DNA of 59,162 bases from positions 1 through 59,162 of IMG/VR virus record IMGVR_UViG_3300016474_000119, one strand, 5' to 3'. Below, one piece after another: positions 37,719 to 46,896 of the stretch. Position 1 is the first letter of the stretch, and every line of letters starts with the position of its first letter. The notes under the pieces are model-generated. The model saw nothing but the letters and a program-made list of their open reading frames with translations. It did no database searches and had not been told where the DNA came from. A program made the translations under genes and the position numbers. Source of the stretch: a virus (taxonomy: Duplodnaviria > Caudoviricetes).

Positions 37719-38287
37719 TTCCCACCCCCTTCCGCTTTGCTCATGAGTGCTTGCATCTGTTCCAGTTCAGCATCCGACAGGCCTTTCAGGTTCACGGCTG
37801 CCATGGTAATTGGACCACCGTCCTTGCCGGTGTGTTCCTGCGTGACCTTGTCTCCGTAGATCTTGGGCAGCATCTTACTCAGCATCCACTTCCGGGTGTC
37901 TACCCGCAACCGGTTCCGGGCAATCACGTCCGACGACAGTGGCACGAGGATCTCCTTCAGCTTTGGTGTACCGTCAGCATTGAACTGGTACACACCTTCC
38001 GAGTCCTGCTCGTGCACCATCGTCGTGGTGTGCGTCTCATCGGATATCTCTACGATTTCATCGGCCAGCTTCTTATAACCCACCTCTCGCGCATGCGCGT
38101 AGTGACCGGCAAGGGTAGGCTCTTCTTCCATCCACTGCTGGAACGTAGACAGAGTCGGCATACCCGGCTCAGTAACCAGCACGTTCGTCAGGCTCCTACC
38201 CTTCTCCAATTCCAAGCAGACAAACGCAACCACCTTCTCCCGGTCATACTTCCGGGCAGGAACGACCGCTTTAGACTTAGTAGCCAT
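37715..38287 (-). CDS. terS: Terminase small subunit (Sf6 gp1-like)
   Basis: GRSL...PGMPT..TF..W HTH, RLRVDTRKWMLSKMLPKIYGDK, EHTGKDGGPI. Confidence 0.88.
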   Translation of the reverse strand: MATKSKAVVPARKYDREKVVAFVCLELEKGRSLTNVLVTEPGMPTLSTFQQWMEEEPTLAGHYAHAREVGYKKLADEIVEISDETHTTTMVHEQDSEGVYQFNADGTPKLKEILVPLSSDVIARNRLRVDTRKWMLSKMLPKIYGDKVTQEHTGKDGGPITMAAVNLKGLSDAELEQMQALMSKAEGGGK

Positions 38288-38296
38288 ACTTCCTCC

Positions 38297-38668
38297 TTAT
38301 TCAGCAGGATACACCGCATGAGTCCGACGACCCACCGGTTTCTCCAACTCTTTGTAGATAATCTCTCCTGAATCAATCATATCCTGAAGCAGCTTCTCTT
38401 TACGCTCATAATGCCCTTTTATACCACCTTTATTAATCGGAAGCTGGGTATAATAACTTTTACCCATGCCCGGACGCACATTAATAAGGATCATTAAAAC
38501 CTTCTTAATTTCATCGTCAGTTACTTTATACTGCTCTTGCGCCCTTTTCGCGTTCTCAATCCAGTCCGGTTTTGGCCTCGGGGTGTACACCCTGACACGA
38601 ACCCCGTCCGGAGTGTACAACGCACTCACATACATGGCACCCTCAAAATTCTTGTCAAAAATCTTCAT
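38297..38668 (-). CDS. Stand-alone paralog of the primase-helicase C-terminal (wHTH-like) domain
   Basis: PGMGKSYYTQL..NKGGIKG..ERKEK aligns with PGRSRTYYEQL..VQGGVKG..DRKEK of 39792-41903. Confidence 0.7.
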   Translation of the reverse strand: MKIFDKNFEGAMYVSALYTPDGVRVRVYTPRPKPDWIENAKRAQEQYKVTDDEIKKVLMILINVRPGMGKSYYTQLPINKGGIKGHYERKEKLLQDMIDSGEIIYKELEKPVGRRTHAVYPAE

Positions 38669-38804
38669 TTCTTTTCTCCTAGCGGACAGTGCAAAATTGC
38701 CCACTCAAGTATACTTTAATTTTAACTTCTGCGCTTGACCAGCTTGATCAGCCGAATTGTGCATTAGAGAGAAACCGCAAACTAACCAACCTATCAAATT
38801 TTCT

Positions 38805-38953
38805 ATCAGTCGATAACACTCCAAACAGGCTACGTTTTTGGGACGAGAGTACCCAAAAACTACGCATGTTTCTCGTCTGGAGAGGGCAATCAGTCGGACT
38901 GATCAGTCGGTTAAACAGTTGGACTGATTGACAGACTGATCAACCAGACTGAT
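38805..38953. repeat. Cluster of seven GACTGAT/ATCAGTC heptamers plus a 9-bp inverted repeat; candidate replication origin
   Basis: ATCAGTC at 38805, 38889, 38902; GACTGAT at 38897, 38922, 38934, 38947; GTTTTTGGG 38834-38842/CCCAAAAAC 38852-38860. Confidence 0.7.
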
Positions 38954-38956
38954 CAC

Positions 38957-39157
38957 TCAAAACTCCATACGAGAGTGCAGATCCTTGAGACGTTCAGTAA
39001 TACCGCGAACGATCCTGATATCGGCTTCCGGGAGTCTCACACCCGCATTAATAAACGGCGAAATAATATAAAGCAGGTCTTTAACTTGAGACACATATAA
39101 TGCGTCCAAACCGGTAAGGTTATTATTTTGTTTATTATCTTGCATTTTATCACTCAT
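38957..39157 (-). CDS. Hypothetical protein
   Basis: 66-aa ORF in operon. Confidence 0.5.
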   Translation of the reverse strand: MSDKMQDNKQNNNLTGLDALYVSQVKDLLYIISPFINAGVRLPEADIRIVRGITERLKDLHSRMEF

Positions 39158-39347
39158 TATTAACTTTAGGTTTCTTAGGTAGTGGTGCCCAATATTGCCA
39201 AAATGGGTCTTTACCGTCGTATTGCCCGTAGACTGCGACTCCTTCTATGCTCAGCAGCTGCACCTTTACACCACGAGGGCATACGGAGAGATCTTGCCAG
39301 TAGTAGTCCGGATCTACCGCTGCCACGGCAGTGCTATCTATTTGCAT
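39150..39347 (-). CDS. Hypothetical protein (DUF551-like)
   Basis: W......CPRGVKVQLL...WAPLPK motif. Confidence 0.6.
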   Translation of the reverse strand: MQIDSTAVAAVDPDYYWQDLSVCPRGVKVQLLSIEGVAVYGQYDGKDPFWQYWAPLPKKPKVNNE

Positions 39348-39550
39348 AGACCTCTCCAAGGAATCTTTTGAAAGTTAGATGCTCGATTTTTAACATAAGC
39401 TGCTTGGTCAGCGGTGTCGGCACTCATGCCCCAGCGTTTACCGTCCCAATACGAGTATGACCATTCCTTGGTGAATAGTTTGTAATTTCTCTGGTATACA
39501 CCTTTGTGGACGGGTTTTTGTTCATAAAACCATTGGGTATAGTGTTTCAT
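39338..39550 (-). CDS. Hypothetical protein
   Basis: TQWF...KPVHKGVYQR...YWDG..W...WRGL small phage protein. Confidence 0.65.
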   Translation of the reverse strand: MKHYTQWFYEQKPVHKGVYQRNYKLFTKEWSYSYWDGKRWGMSADTADQAAYVKNRASNFQKIPWRGLCK

Positions 39551-39795
39551 GAGTTCTCCTTGTTGAGACGGTTACGGATTTCATCTCCGAGGGTTTCTAT
39601 GTTGAGGCAGTTGTCTGCCAGCACTGCGCAGGCTTCTCGCTCAATCAGGACGGCTTGTTGTGCTGCGGTGACTGCCATAGCCATAATCTCGGCTCTAGAC
39701 TCCGCCAGGATCTGCTCGACTTGAGACTCTGTAAAAGTACGCTCAGCACTGCTGCCGTTCAGAAACATCTTTTCAAATTCAGATGTGTCGCTCAT
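39547..39795 (-). CDS. Hypothetical protein (EREACA family)
   Basis: IEREACAVLAD...DEIRNR. Confidence 0.65.
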   Translation of the reverse strand: MSDTSEFEKMFLNGSSAERTFTESQVEQILAESRAEIMAMAVTAAQQAVLIEREACAVLADNCLNIETLGDEIRNRLNKENS

Positions 39796-41903
39796 ATGCC
39801 AAATCTCCCCTTCTCGTTGTTAGACCAAACTTCTTCATCTACTCGTAGGTAGTGGTTAGCCCTGCCGATTGGCTTGGCTAGCTCCACCCTGACAAGGGAA
39901 CCTTCATTGAGTAGGCTGTTGACCGCCTTCTCTTTTCTATCCCTAGAGCCTTTTACGCCACCCTGTACTACTGACAACTGCTCGTAGTAAGTACGAGAAC
40001 GTCCGGGATCGCGTCTAATCAGAGTCACTAGGTCGTTGCATAGGTCGTTAAAGGCTTCCTGCTCTCGAGCCTCTTTACGGTCTTCCTTGAGTTGGGTGCG
40101 CTCCCCAGACTTGAGAGGACGAGCGATAGAATGCGAAAACCAGATCTCCTTGTCGTAACCTAGCACATCTTTGTGTACTTCCTTGTTGGTGACCAAGTCG
40201 AAGGTGAGTTCCGGGAATGCGGTAGGGAAACGAACCTTAATCGCTTTTAGCACTCGCGGAGAGTCTTCAGCATCGCCGTCCTTAAACACAGTGTAAACAC
40301 CCTGCGCATCACCAGTCCAAGCTGAAGCACCACGAGGTGAGAGGTAGTCCGTCTCCATCATCCCGTTAATCTTTGCAGCATGCGCCACGATTATAATCGG
40401 GAAGCTGGCGAACTCCTGCTTGACATACGCCATCGCCCGACCTACCTCAGCGTTATCGTTCTCATTCTCAAGGTCAAACACAGCATTGGCCGTGTCAAAC
40501 ACGACGAGCGGTAGAGCCTTAAACACAGTTCCGTCTGCTTTTGGGTTGTCCACCGTCCAAGTAGCATACTCCTCAGCCACCTGAGAAACAATCTTGGGGT
40601 CTAGACGTTGCGCGGGGATAACGCGGATACGGTTGTCAAAGTCTTCCGCTGACATGCCCGTGAACCCCCAAGAATGCATAGAGTAGATCGTACGCTGCAC
40701 CTGAACCACTGACTCAGTGATTATGATGACGTTGCGCCTTACCGCCGGCTTAAGCCGGTAGTCAGCCGGGCACAAGTGCGCAGTGGCTAGCGCCATGGGC
40801 ACTATGAGGGTTGTCTTACCGACACCGGGAGCGCCAGCTACAACATTAACTCCCGTAGACATAAAGTCGTCGTATATGTACTCGAATACGGTGACGGTAG
40901 AAGCACCGGAGTCCTTACTGTTACGCAGCGACAAAGGATGCTTATCTTCTTGAGGCTGCTTGGGTTCCGGATTGTTTCCTGTCCATCCCGCCTCAATAGC
41001 CATCCTGAAGATTGAGCGATATGTAATTGAGTGTGGTGTTCCAAAATCCCTCTCCCACTTTCTACGTTGAGCAGCGGCATCGAACTTCTCACTGCGAGCC
41101 GACCATTCCGTCCAAACACGATAGCCGTTCTCGCCATACGGCTTAAGCGCCAGACCGACGTTGACCCATGTGGCGTAGTCATCCGCATCAACGTGCTTAA
41201 GTGCCGAACGTAAATCATCAAAGGTCTGCGCAGTGGCGACTGGTGCGCCGCCTTTCTCAGTGAGCGAGTAATTGACGCTCTGCCGAGCCTTGCCCGCAAT
41301 CAGGGTCGGTAGTGGGGAAGGCTCCGCAGGGTTAGAGCGCGATATAGGTGAGCGACCAGCTTCCCACTGGTAAGCACCAGAGGGACCGAGCGTAGGAGCC
41401 ACGCAAATATATCCATGGTGCTTCAGGTCTAGGCCAGCACCGAGCGTCGCAGGGAAAGCGGCATCCGGGTCTGCGCGGAACAAGCGATGCTCCCCGCCAC
41501 CCTGGGTAGTCGCCGTACAGTCCGAGTACAAGACGCCATGTTCAGCTTCAAGAGCGGCCAGCGACTCAAGACCGCCGTTCTGCGGATCGATGTCGAGGGC
41601 GAGCAGGCCTGAGTCAGCCAGCGAGATACCGATACCTGCATCCGGGTCTGTGCTGAACCATTCCTTAATGATCTCAGCGTCCGTCGTGGCATCGTTGTGG
41701 CCGTGCGGGACGAGCGTAGACTGCGGGTGCTTACCGGGTTTGTGACCTTTCTCTGAATTGGGGCGACCGCAACGACATTGACCATCATCGTCCACCGACC
41801 AAACAGGGAGAATCGCCCAGCCTTTTGAGGCGTAAGCCAGTGCGTAGTCCAGAGTAGTGGGAGCTGAGTCCACAGCCCAGACGTGCTTAGGTTTCCGGGT
41901 CAT
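39792..41903 (-). CDS. Prim-Pol primase / PriCT-2 / AAA_25-like helicase fusion
   Basis: ALAYA..GWAILP, GKHP, LALDIDP, TQGGGEH (Prim-Pol); YATWVNVGLALK (PriCT-2); GAPGVGKT, VVFDT, RGASAW. Confidence 0.88.
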   Translation of the reverse strand: MTRKPKHVWAVDSAPTTLDYALAYASKGWAILPVWSVDDDGQCRCGRPNSEKGHKPGKHPQSTLVPHGHNDATTDAEIIKEWFSTDPDAGIGISLADSGLLALDIDPQNGGLESLAALEAEHGVLYSDCTATTQGGGEHRLFRADPDAAFPATLGAGLDLKHHGYICVAPTLGPSGAYQWEAGRSPISRSNPAEPSPLPTLIAGKARQSVNYSLTEKGGAPVATAQTFDDLRSALKHVDADDYATWVNVGLALKPYGENGYRVWTEWSARSEKFDAAAQRRKWERDFGTPHSITYRSIFRMAIEAGWTGNNPEPKQPQEDKHPLSLRNSKDSGASTVTVFEYIYDDFMSTGVNVVAGAPGVGKTTLIVPMALATAHLCPADYRLKPAVRRNVIIITESVVQVQRTIYSMHSWGFTGMSAEDFDNRIRVIPAQRLDPKIVSQVAEEYATWTVDNPKADGTVFKALPLVVFDTANAVFDLENENDNAEVGRAMAYVKQEFASFPIIIVAHAAKINGMMETDYLSPRGASAWTGDAQGVYTVFKDGDAEDSPRVLKAIKVRFPTAFPELTFDLVTNKEVHKDVLGYDKEIWFSHSIARPLKSGERTQLKEDRKEAREQEAFNDLCNDLVTLIRRDPGRSRTYYEQLSVVQGGVKGSRDRKEKAVNSLLNEGSLVRVELAKPIGRANHYLRVDEEVWSNNEKGRFGI

Positions 41904-42195
41904 CGTTCTCTTCCCCTTCAACCATTGCAGCCTTGTCCTGATACGGACGGACTGCGTGTAAAGCACAAGACAATACCGAACAGTTCCGGACTTCATCCCG
42001 GTCATAGTTCGTACATTGTAGGCACTTTATCTTTATGGCGCCACTACGGGGAAGTTGCCCTAGCAGGGCACGTTCGGTGGCAATTTTGTGCTTCTCAGGC
42101 ACACTCCGGTCAAGGTAAGACTGCAGGTAGATCTCTTGCTTGTCTGTGAGATCTCTGGCTTCCTTGAACCGGCTCTTCCTCAATACGTTGGTCAT
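41887..42195 (-). CDS. Hypothetical Zn-binding protein
   Basis: AIKIKCLQC...EVRNC....CALH.VRPY. Confidence 0.65.
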   Translation of the reverse strand: MTNVLRKSRFKEARDLTDKQEIYLQSYLDRSVPEKHKIATERALLGQLPRSGAIKIKCLQCTNYDRDEVRNCSVLSCALHAVRPYQDKAAMVEGEENDDPET

Positions 42196-42217
42196 TATGG
42201 TTTTTATCCTACGTTGA

Positions 42218-43768
42218 TTAGAACAGTTCTTCAGTTACATTCCAATAGCGACCTCGTTTTGTAGCGCGTACAAATTTCGGCTGACGCGCATTGCGCACCT
42301 GCCAAATGAGGGAGTCTGCTGGGGATGGTAATTTTACTGCCAATTCTCTATTTTCAAAAAACAATTTTTCCTTCCCCACTGATCGGTCTTCGGTGTTGAG
42401 GAACAAACTGCAGTCAATCCTAGCATTCTCAGGAGTCGTGCAGGCGTAAGTGACCATCAATACTCGGTTGTTCCTGCTACGGGTCGTTATGGGTGCAGCC
42501 GTGACGCTGTGTACCTGAAGAGTCAGCGTGTCTCCGTCACCGACCTCCTCACCGGTCATGGGGTTAATCGGCACTAAGGAGCGAACCCCCGGCAGGATCT
42601 TACGTTCCTTACGCACATGCGGCTTACGTATCTCGGTTCCAGGAATCTCCTCTACCGCTTTCTGGTTGAACTCGCGGACGTATTTGTCCAACATACCAAC
42701 CCCACCCAGACGCTGGTAGTTACCGACATAATCCAATACGAGGCAGTTGTGCTTCAGGTCTGAGATGCGAGTGCCGCGACCCTGAATCTGCACCCAAAGA
42801 TTAGATGAGAGAGTGGGGCGCAGACACACGATACAATCCAGAGACGGCATGTCAAAACCGGTGGTTATGGTGTCCACCGATACCAATACCCGCAGGTGAC
42901 CCTGCTCCATGGCTTTGAAGATATTCCTACGGTCTCCGGTGCGAGTCTCCCCGGTCACGAGTGCCGTAGTCCAGCCCGTGTTCTGCTGAAACATTTCGGC
43001 CACCTGCTGGGCAGACTTTACGGTAGGGCAGTAGACCGCAATACGCTTACGCTTCTCAGCCAGAAACTTCATAGACTCTATGACTGAGAGCAGCCACTTG
43101 TCGGTGACTTTCTTCTCGACTGAAAGCAGCTTAAATTCATCACCGACCATCTCAACGTCTTCCATGTCCAGTTGATGTTCGGTATCAACACCCACGAGCG
43201 GAGATAGATATCCGTCGTAAACCCCTTGCGCAACGGTATAAGTGTAGGCTAGGCTGTCAAACCAGAACTGGTCTCCATCCCCGTAGATAAGTCCATTGTC
43301 AGTTCTCCACGGAGTAGCTGACATGCCGATACGTTTGGCGTTCGGATAGTGGTCAAAGATGCGCTGGTACTGTCCGCTCTCATCGGTATTGTGCGGCACA
43401 CGATGCGCCTCATCAATCACTATGAAGTCAGGATAGCGAATCAGACCCTTGAGAGCCGGACGAACAATGCTCTGAATGGTTCCATAAGTGACGATGGCAT
43501 TGTAGTTACCTTCGCCCAGGCCGCTACAAACAATTCCAGGGTTCTCACCGCTATGACGCAGGTATGTCTCTGAGTTCTGCTTCACTAGCTGCTGAGAGTG
43601 AGTCAATATCCAGATCAGCTTGTCTTGGGCGCGACATTGCCTGGCGATCTCAGCTATGATAAGAGACTTGCCTGTACCGGTGGCGAGTTGCAAAACCGGA
43701 TGGTGCCCAGACCGAACCGCTAGGCTAGCAGCACGTACAGCTTCAGATTGGTAGTATCGCAGTTCCAT
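42218..43768 (-). CDS. Superfamily 2 DNA helicase (RadD/UvsW-like)
   Basis: LRYYQ, ATGTGKS, DEAH, SATP, TTGFD and QIQGRGTR motifs. Confidence 0.92.
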   Translation of the reverse strand: MELRYYQSEAVRAASLAVRSGHHPVLQLATGTGKSLIIAEIARQCRAQDKLIWILTHSQQLVKQNSETYLRHSGENPGIVCSGLGEGNYNAIVTYGTIQSIVRPALKGLIRYPDFIVIDEAHRVPHNTDESGQYQRIFDHYPNAKRIGMSATPWRTDNGLIYGDGDQFWFDSLAYTYTVAQGVYDGYLSPLVGVDTEHQLDMEDVEMVGDEFKLLSVEKKVTDKWLLSVIESMKFLAEKRKRIAVYCPTVKSAQQVAEMFQQNTGWTTALVTGETRTGDRRNIFKAMEQGHLRVLVSVDTITTGFDMPSLDCIVCLRPTLSSNLWVQIQGRGTRISDLKHNCLVLDYVGNYQRLGGVGMLDKYVREFNQKAVEEIPGTEIRKPHVRKERKILPGVRSLVPINPMTGEEVGDGDTLTLQVHSVTAAPITTRSRNNRVLMVTYACTTPENARIDCSLFLNTEDRSVGKEKLFFENRELAVKLPSPADSLIWQVRNARQPKFVRATKRGRYWNVTEELF

Positions 43769-43855
43769 AATTTTCAGTTATAAGTGACGAGCAGCTAATT
43801 ATGCCTCAATCTATTCGATGCGCGATTTGAAAAACAAATCACAAAACAGAAAACG

Positions 43856-43899
43856 ATTGAAATTTACAATTTGTCTTTTCAATGGATAGTCTCCATAAT
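43856..43899 (+). promoter_or_regulatory. sigma70-like early promoter with ATTG-N7-CAAT box abutting the -35
   Basis: TTGTCT 43871-43876, N17, CATAAT 43894-43899, in the divergent intergenic region. Confidence 0.65.
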
Positions 43900-43947
43900 T
43901 CACTCCATTGCTGCACCGTTGATAATTTGATAACTAGGAGAACTAAA

Positions 43948-44130
43948 ATGCAACAACTCGAAATCATCGTCAAGATCAAGAACGTATACGGCACCGACGT
44001 AATCTACCCGGTGTGCGCGTATGCAGAAGAGTTCGCCAAGTTGGCCGGCACAAAGACGCTGACGAAGGCGGCAATCGCTTCTATCCGTGCACTGGGCTTC
44101 AAAGTGGTACTTGAGCAGCAAACTATCTAA
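43948..44130 (+). CDS. Hypothetical early protein
   Basis: IKNVYG...IYPVC..A..FA.LAGTKTLT; AGGAG RBS. Confidence 0.7.
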   Translation: MQQLEIIVKIKNVYGTDVIYPVCAYAEEFAKLAGTKTLTKAAIASIRALGFKVVLEQQTI

Positions 44131-44150
44131 CTCATAACTAGGAGAACATC

Positions 44151-44675
44151 ATGAACGCGATCGAAAATGCAGTCCTCCCGCTGAAGTCTGAAGCTGTGCA
44201 ACGCGCAGAGCAAGAAGCACAACGTATGATCGACCGCATCATCGCGGAACTGGAAGCAGCTGGCTGGAACCTCGACGTTGTCGCACCGCAGCCGAACACC
44301 CGCATGGGGCGCAACGAGTATGTTCAGATGCGTGCTCATCGCGACCTGTTTACGAGCGTCACCACCTACACTCAGACCAGCCGTCGCCCGAGTGAGCCGG
44401 ACATCCGTGCCCGCAGCCCGGAAGCTGAGCAGCGTTTCATTGACGAGGCCAAGAAAGACGCCGCCTTCCAATACGACCTATTTGTCGCAAAGCTGGTCAA
44501 GAAGGTTGGCGAGACCACCGACGCAACGCTGGTAGGCTCGCACGTCTGGGGTCACTCTATCCTGACCGTGACGCTGCTGGACGGCTCGGTGCAGAAGTGG
44601 AAGACGCAGATGATCGTCAACGTGAGCAAGCTCGGCAAGCTGTTCAACCAGTTCCCGACCCGCATCGTCAAATAA
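44151..44675 (+). CDS. Hypothetical early protein
   Basis: 174 aa; strong RBS; ends NVSKLGKLFNQFPTR. Confidence 0.75.
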   Translation: MNAIENAVLPLKSEAVQRAEQEAQRMIDRIIAELEAAGWNLDVVAPQPNTRMGRNEYVQMRAHRDLFTSVTTYTQTSRRPSEPDIRARSPEAEQRFIDEAKKDAAFQYDLFVAKLVKKVGETTDATLVGSHVWGHSILTVTLLDGSVQKWKTQMIVNVSKLGKLFNQFPTRIVK

Positions 44676-44901
44676 TCAATCATCCCCGCTCCGGCGGGGT
44701 ATTCTCAGGAGAACATGTCATGAAAAGGCGATTTCACTTGAAGCTCTGCGCCAAGCCTTGCGTTCAGCAAACGCATGGAAAGGATCGTCTTGGGAAACCA
44801 CGATGAAAGCTGTTGCTATTGCAAAATAACAGGACGAAACCCCCACGGGGGTCTGCCAGTCAGGCTGGCACTGATGAGTCCAAACCACAAGGAGAAACAC
44901 C

Positions 44902-45132
44902 GTGACTGACGCACAAATTATAACGATCTGGAAGAAGGTGAATGGTTGGGACATAACTGGCTTTAGCCGGACCACGGAAGAACTCAAGAAGTTCGCAGAA
45001 GAAGTTGCAGCTGCTGAGCGCGAGGCTTGCGCTGATATCTGCGACCACGAAATGGACAATGCGATCGGGTTCGGTATGAAGGTTGCTGCTGGAAACTGCG
45101 CTGACAAGATTCGCGAGAGGGGTGCGCAATGA
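44902..45132 (+). CDS. Hypothetical protein (EREACA family)
   Basis: AAAEREACADICD...CADKIRERG; AAGGAG RBS. Confidence 0.65.
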   Translation: MTDAQIITIWKKVNGWDITGFSRTTEELKKFAEEVAAAEREACADICDHEMDNAIGFGMKVAAGNCADKIRERGAQ

Positions 45133-45233
45133 CCGCGATGTTCCTTGGTATAATCATCATGGCTGCGGGTGTTTTAGTGATGCTGGCAGGTGTCTCAATC
45201 TGGATAGTCATGACCGTTGAGCAGGATCTGTAA
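45129..45233 (+). CDS. Small membrane peptide (34 aa)
   Basis: ATGA coupling; single hydrophobic helix. Confidence 0.45.
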   Translation: MTAMFLGIIIMAAGVLVMLAGVSIWIVMTVEQDL

Positions 45234-45256
45234 ACACAATCAGTTTCTGCATTTCG

Positions 45257-45300
45257 ATTGTAAAATGCAATTTGTCTTTTTATTGAAATTCAGGCAGAAT
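45257..45300 (+). promoter_or_regulatory. sigma70-like early promoter with ATTG-N7-CAAT box
   Basis: TTGTCT 45272-45277, N17, CAGAAT; same layout as 43856-43899. Confidence 0.6.
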
Positions 45301-45336
45301 TTCTAATTAGTAATAACTCAATAACTGGAGGAACTA

Positions 45337-45564
45337 ATGGTAATCACTCATCACTATCGCAGCTACGAGATCATCGAGATCTCACCGGAGCGATTCCTGA
45401 TTAAACTGCCGATGCGTCAGTATCCGCTGACCGGTTATCAGGCAGAAACACTGAAGGAAGCCATGACTCGTGTTGATGACATGATTCAGGACAATCGCGA
45501 CGATTATCTGAGCGACCTGCGCGATGAGGCTTACAACGAACGACACTACGGGGGAGAAGAATGA
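45337..45564 (+). CDS. Hypothetical protein
   Basis: GGAGG RBS; 75 aa. Confidence 0.65.
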   Translation: MVITHHYRSYEIIEISPERFLIKLPMRQYPLTGYQAETLKEAMTRVDDMIQDNRDDYLSDLRDEAYNERHYGGEE

Positions 45565-45764
45565 GAGTCGGAGAACACGTCGCATTCAGCGGAAAGTTTC
45601 TGAAGTCTACAGCCTCTCACGAACTGGCTAAGTTGCGCGGATTCGTGATTGACATCGACGGCATGATCGCCAAGGTGCACTGGACGATCGGTGGTCAGGG
45701 TCCGATGCACGTGTTGGTGAAGAATCTTGTGCCGGCCAGCGATATCTACAAGGAAGTGGTGTGA
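45561..45764 (+). CDS. Hypothetical SH3-like small protein
   Basis: MRVGEHV...G.V......AKVHW...V.VKNL pattern. Confidence 0.6.
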   Translation: MRVGEHVAFSGKFLKSTASHELAKLRGFVIDIDGMIAKVHWTIGGQGPMHVLVKNLVPASDIYKEVV

Positions 45765-45907
45765 AGTACTACGGCATTCTTGACGATTTCGGCAGCGTTA
45801 TTCGCTGGTTGACGTACAAACCTAGCGAGCACTATCGCTACATAGTTAAGATCGTCAAGAAGCCGTCGCCCATAGACTGGAATAATTACGAAGAATCCCC
45901 ATTTTAG
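45761..45907 (+). CDS. Hypothetical protein (48 aa)
   Basis: GTGA coupling; MKYYGILDDFGSVIRW...EESPF. Confidence 0.5.
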   Translation: MKYYGILDDFGSVIRWLTYKPSEHYRYIVKIVKKPSPIDWNNYEESPF

Positions 45908-45916
45908 ACTTGGAGA

Positions 45917-46342
45917 ATGAACATGCAACAGGTAAACTTTAAAGAAATGCCGATGGACAAGCTGCTGTCCTTCTACAACAACTACAGCGAGAAGCCGATC
46001 AAGCGATTCAGTGACCGTAAAGCTGCAGAGCGTCGCTGCGAAATGCTCTGGGACAATCTCAAATCGGCTTCTCAGGAAAAGGTCATGAAGCAGAAAGCAG
46101 ACGTTACTCGCGTGGCGATGCATCAGTCCCTCAAGCTAGATCGTCGCATTCGTTGTGAGGAGACCGGTGAAGAATGGAAGAATGCGCACGTCATGTGGAA
46201 AGAGAATCCCGGCTACATGACGAGTGCCCAGCAAGACCGCCTGACCAAGCAGCTTTACGGAGCAGCTAAAGAAGGTACACGCCTGATCGTTAAGATTAAC
46301 GATCTCAATTTTAGCCTCGTCAATGTGGAGACCGTGAAATGA
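45917..46342 (+). CDS. Hypothetical protein
   Basis: 141 aa; IKRFSDRKAAERR motif; GGAG RBS. Confidence 0.7.
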   Translation: MNMQQVNFKEMPMDKLLSFYNNYSEKPIKRFSDRKAAERRCEMLWDNLKSASQEKVMKQKADVTRVAMHQSLKLDRRIRCEETGEEWKNAHVMWKENPGYMTSAQQDRLTKQLYGAAKEGTRLIVKINDLNFSLVNVETVK

Positions 46343-46470
46343 TTGAAAATCTTAAATCCGTCGGATTGATGATTCTTTGGGTTGCCAGCTGGTTCTTGCT
46401 TATTCTGGGCGCTGGATTCGCCTGCAAACTGGTGTACAAAGTGTTCTCTATTGGCTGGAATGTTTTCTAA
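46339..46470 (+). CDS. Small membrane protein (43 aa)
   Basis: ATGA coupling; hydrophobic helix. Confidence 0.45.
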   Translation: MIENLKSVGLMILWVASWFLLILGAGFACKLVYKVFSIGWNVF

Positions 46471-46482
46471 GGGGATAACTAA

Positions 46483-46896
46483 ATGACTGTCATGACTGAG
46501 GCTATGAAGAAAGCTGGTGTGTTTATACCGCTGAATAAACGAGTCTGGATTTATCTGAAAGATCATCCGATTAAATCCATCAAAGATATATCTCTAGCTT
46601 TGAAATGTGAAGAATCTAAAGTGCGGAGAGCTTTAGCTGATCTTGAGTCTCGCAACATGGTGTATCACACTAAAGAAGTTTCGATTCATCGTAAAGATAT
46701 GCGAGGTAGGAAGAGTATCAATCTGTATCGTTCTATCGGTGATGAGTACAAATTACTACCGGTGCGTAAGATTGAGAAGCCTATAGCGCCGAAGCCGATC
46801 CAGGTTGAAGTTAAGCCTAAGAAGTTCACCATTGATGACCTGTCTGTGGTGGAAGCTAAGCAACTGTACGAACAACTGAAAGAAATCTTCGGATGA
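46483..46896 (+). CDS. Winged-helix DNA-binding protein
   Basis: RVWIYL...SIKDISLAL.....KVRRAL.DLE..NMV pattern. Confidence 0.6.
   Translation: MTVMTEAMKKAGVFIPLNKRVWIYLKDHPIKSIKDISLALKCEESKVRRALADLESRNMVYHTKEVSIHRKDMRGRKSINLYRSIGDEYKLLPVRKIEKPIAPKPIQVEVKPKKFTIDDLSVVEAKQLYEQLKEIFG

Noticed and set aside
43769-43947. Lysogeny switch at the divergent promoter region
   Set aside because: Flanking genes are a helicase and a small hypothetical protein, not CI/Cro-like; no integrase or partition genes were recognised.
44715-44829. Possible frameshifted small gene after an AGGAG RBS (ATG TCA TGA, with a protein-like alternative frame HEKAISLEALRQ...)
   Set aside because: Too short to tell a pseudogene, an alternative start at 44720 or noise apart without homologs.
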